The notes below the pieces were generated by a model. That model was not told the DNA's origin, made no database searches, and worked only from the letters and a program-made list of their open reading frames with translations. Both the position numbers and the translations under genes were made by a program. A DNA stretch of 64,000 nt from an uncultured bacterium (GTDB taxonomy: Bacteria > Krumholzibacteriota > Krumholzibacteriia > JACNKJ01): NCBI GenBank assembly GCA_963695095.1, contig CAVOFT010000001.1, positions 1,632,001 to 1,696,000 on the forward strand, read 5' to 3'. Positions 56,618 to 64,000 of the stretch are shown here, one piece after another (positions within the stretch are counted from its first letter, which is position 1; every line of letters starts with the position of its first letter).

Positions 56618-57821
56618 CGTAAGCTTCCCATGATCGCGGACCGCCTGTGAGTGGAGCTTTCTGGCATACTGACGAGCCAGGAGGTTCTGATGAAGCTGTC
56701 ACGATTCACCGAGTCACAGATCGTGGCGATCCTCGAGCAAGCGGATGCCGGCGTGAAGGTCCAGGAGCTCTGCCGCCAGCACGGGATCAGCGCCTCGACC
56801 TACTACCAGTGGAAGTCGAAGTACGGTGGCCTGGAGGCCTCGGAGCTGAAGCGGATCAAGGAGCTCGAGGCGGAGAACGCCGAGCTCAAGCGCATGTACG
56901 CCGACGCCAGCATGGAGCGAGACGCCTTGAAGAAGCTGCTCCAAAAAAAACTCCAGGGCCGCTAGATCGTCGAGAAGCCGTGAGGTATCTGGTGGCCGAG
57001 GAAGCGCTTTCGGTGCGGCGGGCCTGTACGCTGTCGGGCTTGTCGCGCTCGGCGTGGTACGACCCACCGCAGGATCGCCTGGTCCGGGATCGTGCAGTGA
57101 TCGAGGCCCTGCAGGCGGTGGTCGAGAAGCGCCCGCGCTGGGGCTTCTGGAAGGCCTTCGACCGGCTGCGCCTGGACGGCCAGCCCTGGAATCACAAGCG
57201 CGTGCATCGGGTCTACACGGAGCTGGGCTTGAACCACCGGCGCCGCACGAAGAAGCGGCTGCCCACACGAACCCAGCTGCCGCTTCTGGTGCCGGCCCAG
57301 ACCAATGTCGTCTGGTCGATCGATTTCATGCACGACAGTCTGTACGTCGGCCGCCGATTCAGAACGCTCAACGTGCTCGACGAGGGCGTGCGCGAGGTGC
57401 TCGACATCGAGATGGACACCTCGCTATCGGGCGAGCGCGTCGTGCGGGTCTTGGAGCGCTTGAAGACCTGGCGGGGCACGCCGGCGGCCATCCGCTGCGA
57501 TAACGGCCCCGAACTACTCTCGGCGGCTTTCGTGACCTGGTGCGAGGAGAACGCCGTCGAGATCCGCTACATCCAGCCCGGCAAGCCGAACCAGAACGCG
57601 TTCATCGAGCGCTTCAACCGGACCTACCGCGAGGAGGTGCTGAGCGCCTACCTGTTTGAGGATCTGGATCAGGTGAGGGAGATCACCTGGAACTGGATGC
57701 GGGAGTACAACGAGGAGCGGCCTCACGACGCCCTGGGCAAGGTGCCCCCGGCGGTCTACAGGGAGGCCCTGGAAGCTGGAAACTCCACTTTCAAACGGTC
57801 CGCTTGACGGGGAAGCTTACG
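56618..57821 (+). mobile_element. IS3-family element (IS407-like), apparently intact
   Basis: Imperfect IRs starting CGTAAGCTTCCC and ending GGGAAGCTTACG; 3-bp flanking repeat AGT. Confidence 0.92.
56690..57807 (+). CDS. IS3 transposase OrfAB via -1 frameshift (orfA 56690-56965; slip site A8 at 56943-56950)
   Basis: OrfA HTH RFTESQIVAIL...TYYQWKSKYGG; OrfB WSIDFMHD, CDNGPE, PGKPNQNAFIERFN in the -1 frame. Confidence 0.92.
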
Positions 57822-57881
57822 AGTGTCCAGGATCTTTCGCACATTCGCTGAGGGGCTTTCCTCGAGCTGGTCCTTCCATTC

Positions 57882-58986
57882 TCAGCTTGCCGTCTCGGTC
57901 GCAGTCTCTTCCTGATCGTGCAGCAGGTCCATGCTCAGGTAGCGGCGATAGCCCCACTTCGTCCCTGCGATGTGGCGGAGGCGAGCCGCCACCAGCATCA
58001 AGCGCCGACTCGCCGTCGGGAAAGCAGCCCACCACGCGCGTCCGTCGCCGGATCTCCCGCATGATCCGCTCCATGGGGTTGTTGGTGCGGATCCGACGCC
58101 AGTGTTCGCTGGGAAAGTCGTAGTAGGTCAGCGTCTCCTCGCCACCGCCGGCGACGAGCTCGGCCGCCTTCGCCAGTTTCATCGTCCGCAGCTTCTTAAC
58201 CACGGCCAGGAGCTTGGCTGTCGCCTCGCGGCGATCCTCCTGGGCGTGAATCGCCTTCAGCATCGCCGCCACTTGGCGCACCTTCCCCTTCGGCACCAGC
58301 GTGAAGACGTTGCGGTAGAAATGCACGATGCAGCGCTGCCAGGAGGCCTCGGGGTAGCACTCGCCGACGCTCTCGACCAGGCCCAGGCACTTGTCGCTGA
58401 TCACGAGCCGGACACCCCGGAGTCCACGCTGCTTCAGGTGCCGCAGGAAATCCAGCCAGCTCGCCTGGTCCTCCTTGCCGCCCTCGCACACGCCCAAGAT
58501 CCGGCGATAGCCGCTTTGGCTAACGCCGATGGCCACCAGCACGGCCACATTACGGACCTCACCGCCCCAGCTCCGTTTCACGTAGATGCCGTCCAGGTAG
58601 ACGTAGGGAAACTCGCCATCGATCGGCCGCTGGCGCCATTCCTCGATCTGCTTGTAGATCCGCTGGTTGAGCTTGCTCACTGTGCTTGGGCTGACGCGGC
58701 TGCCCCAGAGCGCTTCGGTGATGTCCTCGACCCGACGGACCGAGACGCCGGCCAGGTACATCTCCACCAGCGCTTCCTCGACCGAGCTTTCCCGCCGCCG
58801 GTAGCGCTCGATGATGGCTGTTTCGAAGGGTAGCTTGCGCAGCTTCGGAACCCGCAGCTCGACTTTGCCGGCCTTGGTCTCCAGCCCGCGCCGGTAGCTG
58901 CCGGCTCGGGTGTCCTGGCGATCCGGGCTGCGTTCGTAGCGTTTCGCGTTGCAGAGCGTGTCGGCCTCGGTGAATCGCGACAGCAT
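57882..58986 (-). pseudogene. IS256-family transposase, N-terminally truncated and frameshifted near 58000
   Basis: EMYLAGVSVRRV, YVYLDG, LVISD, WQRCIVHFYRN, IRTNNPMER; the natural C-terminus LMLVAARLRHIAGTKWG is in another frame; terminal IR AGTGTCCAGGATCTTTCGCACA at 57822. Confidence 0.88.
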
Positions 58987-59142
58987 CAGCGGAAGCTCCT
59001 GGTGTCACCGGTCACTCAAAAGCGGCCACGGCGGGTCACTTCAAATGCGGCCACCCCGGGGGTGAGCGCGGTGATTATGCTCGATCCGGCGGTCGTCATC
59101 AAGCGCGACGACACGACGGGTGCTGACGACATCTGCGCTCTG

Positions 59143-59177
59143 CTGTCTCCCTGTCTCCCTGTCTCCCTGTCTCCCTG
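59143..59177. repeat. octanucleotide tandem repeat (CTGTCTCC)x4
   Basis: Directly visible downstream of istB inside the IS21. Confidence 0.9.
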
Positions 59178-59235
59178 GCCGAGCGGCTCCTGGCCATCGT
59201 CTACTCCTTGGCGGCATCCTGCGCGGGCGTGGCCG

Positions 59236-59976
59236 TCACGCGTGGTCGACCTTTCGGCCGCGCAGCCGGTAGCTCTTGCCGTTCATCACGAGGATCTCGG
59301 CGTTCTCGAGGAAGCGATCGAGGATTGCCGTCGTCGCCGGCACGTCGCCGAGAAACACACCCCAGTCCTGGGTCGGTCGATTGGTCGTGATCAGCGTCGA
59401 GGCCCGCTCGTGCCGGCGGACAAAGACCTCCAGCAGATCCTCGGCCGCCGTCGGGCCGAGCTTGCGCATGCCAAAGTCCTCGATCACGAGCAGGTCCACG
59501 CGGGTGAGCTGCTCGACGAGATCGCGGCGCTGGCTCATCGCCTCGGCTTCGGCAAAGTCCTGCGCCAGGTCAAAGCTGCTGCGGATCAGCACGCGGTAAC
59601 CGGCGCGGATCGCGCCGACGCCGATGGCGACGGCGGCATGGCTCTTGCCGATGCCGGGCGAACCGATCAGTAGCACGCCCTGGTGCTGGGCGACAAAGCG
59701 ACCGGTTGCCAATTCGCACAGCCGCGCCCGCGGCAGCTTCGGGTTGTAGGTCCAATCGAAATCGGCGAATTCCTTGACCGCCACGATCCCCGCCTGCTTG
59801 AGGCGACGGGCAAACAGCCGATCAGCGCGGCGTGCGAGTTCGTCCTCGACCAGCAGCTCGAGGAAGTCGCGATGGGGCAGACTGGCGCCGGTGGCTTGCT
59901 GCAATCGGCCGGGTAGCGCTTCGGCCATGCCGGACAGGCGCAGATGGCGCAGGCGTGCGTCGAGCTGGATGCTCAC
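59236..59976 (-). CDS. istB: IS21 helper ATPase IstB
   Basis: LRHLRLSGM, GSPGIGKSH, LLVIEDFG, ITTNR, AILDRF, GKSYR. Confidence 0.93.
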   Translation of the reverse strand: MSIQLDARLRHLRLSGMAEALPGRLQQATGASLPHRDFLELLVEDELARRADRLFARRLKQAGIVAVKEFADFDWTYNPKLPRARLCELATGRFVAQHQGVLLIGSPGIGKSHAAVAIGVGAIRAGYRVLIRSSFDLAQDFAEAEAMSQRRDLVEQLTRVDLLVIEDFGMRKLGPTAAEDLLEVFVRRHERASTLITTNRPTQDWGVFLGDVPATTAILDRFLENAEILVMNGKSYRLRGRKVDHA

Positions 59977-61436
59977 AGCAGATCCTCCAATCGGTACTGG
60001 GTCAGTGGGCGAATGCTCTCGTGCTCCTGGGTCAGGGCGCGCGCGGGCGCGGCCGGCGCCGCCTGCGCGGTCAGCCGCTGGAGGTCCTTGTAGCGAAAGA
60101 GCCGGTGGTCGAGTGCCTGGCTGGCGGCGTGCAGCAGTTGCTCGCGCGGATGGCGGCGAGTCAGGCCGAGGACGCCCTGGATCAGGCGGTAGGCGCGGAC
60201 GCCGCGCTCCTGGACGGCAGCCTCGGCCCACTGGTGCAGTGCCGGACCGATCCGCGCGCAACGGCCCAGCAGCTTCGCTTCGAAGGCACACTGGGTCGAG
60301 GTCAGCTCCAGCTGAGAGCTGCCTGGCCGCAGCGCGAATCGCCCAGGCGCCACGCGTGCATGGACGGCGACCAGCACGTCCTCGTGGAGCACGTGCGCCA
60401 GGTACCGATCCCAACGCACCCTCACCCGCGTTCCGGCAGGGACGCGCAGCGGCACCGGGTAGAAGGCACCCTTGACCTCGACGTGACCGTCGGCGTGGAC
60501 GCTGCGGGTGCCGCTCTCAAAAAACGGAAACGGCTCCGTGGCCGCTGGCTGCAGGGCCGCCTGGTCGGTCGCCAGAAAATGGGTCCACACCTGCTGGCGC
60601 GTCGTGCCGTGGATGCGTAGCCGGGCAACCGTCCGATTCCAGTGACGCAGAAACTGGTTCTGATCCTGCAGGCTCTCGAATCGACGGCCCTTGAGCGCGT
60701 TGTCCTTCACGTAGCCGCCGCTGCGCTCCTGCTTGCCGTTCTCCTGCGGCGTCCGCGGTCGGATCGGCAACGGCGTGAAGCCCCAGTGCCGCGCGAAGGC
60801 GGCGTAGCCGTCGTTCAGGTCAGGGTCGTAGAGGCTGGCCCGCGCCACGCCGGCCTTCAGGTTATCCAGCCGCACGATCCGGGGCACACCGCCAAGATCC
60901 TGAAAGGCGTTCTCGTGCAGGCGCAGAAACGTCTCGAGCGTCTGGTCCCAAGCCGCCTCCTCGTAGCCATGGCGGCTGTGACACAGGGTCAGGCGAAAGA
61001 CCCACGGCCGTTCCCACTGGCCGGTCTCCACGCGCAGGGTCGGCGCGCCCCCGGAAGAAGTCGACCTGCGCTTCTTCGCCCGGGTCGCTGTGGTAAACAC
61101 CGACGGCCCGGCGCGGCCGTTCCAGATGCCGCGCAAAGCGCTTCACCGACTCATAGCTGCCGCTGTAGCCGCACTCCTCGACAAGATCCTGCCAGATCCG
61201 CTGCAGGCTCAGACCGCCGTCGAGCGCGGCGGCAGCGAGGCGCCGGGAAACACGTTGGCCGCATTTGAAGCCGAGCCGGGGAACACTTTGGCCGCATTTG
61301 ACTGCCGTAGCCGGTCGTAGCGCGACACCGTCTCCCGCCGCACGCCGGTCTCGGCCTCGATGCGGCGGTAGCTCCAGCCAAGCTCCAGTAGGGCGGTAAT
61401 GTGTTGGCGTTGCTTCATCTTCAGGTAGTTCGCCAT
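59973..61436 (-). pseudogene. istA: IS21 transposase IstA split over three frames
   Basis: HTH MANYLKM...RETVSRY; switch near 61220 to GLSLQRIWQDL...PGEEAQVDF; switch near 61050 to DNLKAGV, NGKQER, RIHGTT. Confidence 0.88.
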
Positions 61437-61541
61437 GCGCATCCTCCGGGTTGCTACCCGGAGAATGCACCGTCAAGCGCCTACCCGAAGTGGCCGCTTT
61501 TCAGGTGTTCCGTCGTGGCCGGTTTTGGGTGTTCGGTGACA

Positions 61542-61618
61542 GCTCCTGGCTCATAGGTATGCCAGAAAGCTCCACTCAGAGCTGACCCGCGATCAGGGGA
61601 AACTTACGGAAGCTTACG
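61542..61618 (-). mobile_element. left-end remnant of a second IS3-family element plus an additional IR tip
   Basis: Reverse complement CGTAAGTTTCCCCTGATCGCGG...TGAGTGGAGCTTTCTGGCATAC...GAGCCAGGAG closely matches 56618-56683; continues beyond the IS21 at about 59002-58966. Confidence 0.85.
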
Positions 61619-61633
61619 AAAGCCTACGGTAGG

Positions 61634-62641
61634 CTAGGAGATGAGAGCCGTACTGTCCGCCGCGCCTTGTACCTTGACCAAGCTACGCCCCGTGTGATCG
61701 ATGATGGTGCGCAGGATGCTATCGAGGTTCATCGTCGGCCGATAGCCGATGGCCGCGTTGATCTTCTTGAGTGAAGGCTGGCGGTGCATCATGTCCTCGT
61801 AGTTGGCGCTGTAGGCCTTCTCGTAGGGGATGTACTCAATGCGCGAGCGGCTACCCGTCATCAGCTTGACCTTCTGTGCCAGCCCCTCGATCGTCACCCG
61901 CTCGTCATTGCCGACGTTGAAGACCTCACCCTCGGCCGCGTCGGCTTCGCTCAGGTCGACCAACGCTTTCACGACATCGCCGACGTAGGTGAAGCTGCGG
62001 CTCTGCTTGCCATTGCCGTAAACGGTGATCGGCTCGCCCAACAGCGCCTGTCTGATGAAGCGGGGGATGACCATGCCATAGCGGCCGGTCTGCCTGGGGC
62101 CGACCGTGTTGAAGAGGCGCGTGATGACCACCGGCAGACGGGTCTCCTGGCGATAGGCGAAAGCCATGAACTCGTCGAGGGCCTTCGAGTAGGCATAGCT
62201 CCAGCGGCCGATCGTCGTTGGTCCGTAGCTGCAATCATCATCTTCGGTGAAGGGCAGCTTGCTGTTCTTGCCGTAGACTTCGCTGGTGGATGTGATGACG
62301 ACCTTGCGGCCATGTCGACTCGCAAGGCGGAGGACGACTTCGGTGCCCTGGATATTGGTTTCGATCGTGGAAACCGGCTTCTCGATGATCAGCTTTACAC
62401 CGACCGCCGCGGCCAGGTGGAAGATGACATCGGCTTCCTGGACGAGCCGCTCCATGAGGAACGGATTCAGGATGCTATCGACGCTCAAGGTGAACCGGGG
62501 ATGGTCGGCGAGGTGGGCGACGTTCTCGAGGCGCCCTGTGGATAGATTATCAATTGCGTGGATACGATTCCCCTGATCCAGCAAGTACTCACACAAATGT
62601 GAACCGATGAAGCCCGCGCCACCGGTGACCAGGTACTTCAC
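61634..62641 (-). CDS. NAD-dependent nucleotide-sugar epimerase/dehydratase
   Basis: TGGAGFIGSH, HLAAAVG, STSEVYG, YAYSK, RLFNTVGPRQ. Confidence 0.93.
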   Translation of the reverse strand: MKYLVTGGAGFIGSHLCEYLLDQGNRIHAIDNLSTGRLENVAHLADHPRFTLSVDSILNPFLMERLVQEADVIFHLAAAVGVKLIIEKPVSTIETNIQGTEVVLRLASRHGRKVVITSTSEVYGKNSKLPFTEDDDCSYGPTTIGRWSYAYSKALDEFMAFAYRQETRLPVVITRLFNTVGPRQTGRYGMVIPRFIRQALLGEPITVYGNGKQSRSFTYVGDVVKALVDLSEADAAEGEVFNVGNDERVTIEGLAQKVKLMTGSRSRIEYIPYEKAYSANYEDMMHRQPSLKKINAAIGYRPTMNLDSILRTIIDHTGRSLVKVQGAADSTALIS

Positions 62642-62891
62642 CTACGCCTCCATTTCACGATGCTGCATCCGCCCGAGTGCGATCGGGGACGGTCTCGACG
62701 CGCAGGGCGGACTCCCACCCACGGAGGGCGACCCGCCGAAAAGGACGGGCAAAAGTCCCATAGCCCCCAAAACCCGTCAAGCGCTAAGTTCGCCGCCCAT
62801 GGCAGGGATTTCCCTATCAGGGCATGGTTTGCCGCCAGCCAGGCGCTGCCACCGCGATCGGGGCTTCCCAGCGCGCGACCTAGATTGGCAA

Positions 62892-62908
62892 AGCAAGGTC
62901 TTTGCCAA
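62892..62908 (-). promoter_or_regulatory. putative sigma54 (-24/-12) promoter
   Basis: TTGGCAAAGACCTTGCT, GG-N10-GC spacing, facing the epimerase. Confidence 0.5.
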
Positions 62909-63074
62909 GGGACCTGTTGATTCCGTTGCGAAGCGCTCAGGTGCCGAGGCGACTTCAACGTGCGCAGTGGAGCGCGCGGGGCCTCCGAGGCAATGGTGTT
63001 GACACTCGAAAGATGGCGAAGTAGGGTGCCATCGTTGATGGAAGCAAAGTAAACGTATCTGGCCGGCGGGACCA

Positions 63075-64000
63075 ATGCAAGCTTCTTTCTCAGTCGGAGC
63101 CTTGCTGGGCGTGCTCGTGTGTCGGCGGCGCTTGATCGTCCTTGGCACTGTTGCCGTTGCGCTGGTCGCGATCGTCACTTCCCTCTTCTTCCTCCCCCGC
63201 AAGTATGCCGCTGGCGCCAGTCTGCTGCCGGACGCCGGCCCTTCCCCGGCATCGACACTGAGCTCTCTGTTGGGTCAGTCAGGGCTACCTCTTGGTCTGG
63301 CCGCTCTGGGCGGTAGCGGTGGCTCTGCGGAACTGCACCGGGAGATCCTGAGCAGCTACAGCGTCTGTCGGCGGGTTGTGGATGGGCTCGCGCTCTACCC
63401 GGACTACGGCCTCGGCGAGGCACAGCTCGCACATCCTCAAGCGGCCGAACAGGAGGCTGTCGCTCGCCTGCGCAGCGACCTCGTCGTTGACATCGACCAG
63501 GTCAGCGGCGTCCTCCGCTTCACAGTGACCGCACCCTCACCCGGGCTGGCGAAGGCCATCGCCGACCGGCTGGTCGCTGAACTGGACAGCTTCAACTTGA
63601 GGGTCCAGCGCGAGAGCGGCCAGCGCAAGATGAGCTTCCTCAGCGAACGCATGGCGGCTGCCGAACGGGAACTCGAGAGCGCTCGCCGCGCCCTGACCGA
63701 TTTCTCCACCTCCGAGGGGGTGGTGCACCTGCCCGCAGAACTCGAGGCCGAACTAGCGCTCGTCGGTGAGTTGAATCGGCAGCTCATCTTCAAGGAACTG
63801 GAGCGGGCGGCGCTGGGCCAGGACGCGCTGGCGGGCGCGCCGGCCCTCCGGGCGGTGACGTCAGAGATCGCCGCGCTGCGCGCCCAACTCGCCGCGCTCG
63901 AGCAGGGCAGCGAGGACCCCCCGCGCGGGCTCAAGCCCTTGCGCGAGCTGCCGGCGCTCGCCCTGCGCTACTTTGAGCTGCGCCGGGAGCTGGGTATCCA
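63075..64000 (+). CDS. Wzz/Wzc-type polysaccharide co-polymerase, 3'-truncated
   Basis: Manual translation: TM helix then LPRKYAAGASLLP, EILSS..V...VV, AKAIAD, FLSERM coiled coil; open to the window end. Confidence 0.82.
   Translation, partial: MQASFSVGALLGVLVCRRRLIVLGTVAVALVAIVTSLFFLPRKYAAGASLLPDAGPSPASTLSSLLGQSGLPLGLAALGGSGGSAELHREILSSYSVCRRVVDGLALYPDYGLGEAQLAHPQAAEQEAVARLRSDLVVDIDQVSGVLRFTVTAPSPGLAKAIADRLVAELDSFNLRVQRESGQRKMSFLSERMAAAERELESARRALTDFSTSEGVVHLPAELEAELALVGELNRQLIFKELERAALGQDALAGAPALRAVTSEIAALRAQLAALEQGSEDPPRGLKPLRELPALALRYFELRRELGI

Larger units (their letters stand above)
59003..61541 (-). mobile_element. IS21-family element
   Basis: Ends TGTCACCG...CGGTGACA with repeated GCGGCCAC-type motifs; 8-bp target duplication GCTCCTGG (58995-59002 and 61542-61549); istA-istB. 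Confidence 0.94.

Noticed and set aside
59003..59177. Short repeats as a possible CRISPR array
   Set aside because: They are IS21 terminal repeats and an 8-bp microsatellite; no repeat-spacer periodicity or cas genes in the window

Overview
A 64-kb window from a high-GC diderm bacterium. Three large secreted proteins with FlgD-like/T9SS-type C-terminal domains and a GWxTD protein suggest an FCB-affiliated lineage such as Latescibacterota/Krumholzibacteriota; this is an inference to be tested with the full-length 16S gene. Bases 1-51,000 are densely coding and mostly core or metabolic genes. They include tRNA-Glu, an S9 peptidase-TPR pair, a heparinase-like lyase, an isocitrate/isopropylmalate dehydrogenase, a DUF3524 glycosyltransferase, a beta-propeller hybrid kinase, citF with a citD-citE fusion, a 7-gene nickel ECF operon ending in nikR, prpD, a superoxide reductase-like gene, efp, maeB, an S8 protease, a ychF-like/yhaM/deoB/cdd/pdp operon, PBP1A and tyrS. 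A complete rRNA operon (16S-Ile-Ala-23S-5S) follows. Next comes a 5-kb nest of IS elements: an intact IS3, a broken IS256, an IS21 and a second IS3 remnant. The window ends at the start of a surface-polysaccharide locus. I found no CRISPR array, prophage or defence island. The most interesting observations are: (1) the nickel operon, with a putative His-tipped outer-membrane channel and a leaderless start overlapped by a NikR-like palindrome; (2) the reconstructable nested IS history, including an IS3/IS256 chimeric ORF; (3) the citDE fusion without nearby maturation genes; and (4) active-site variants in the SOR-like, YchF-like and EF-P proteins. All calls come from reading motifs by eye; no database searches were run.
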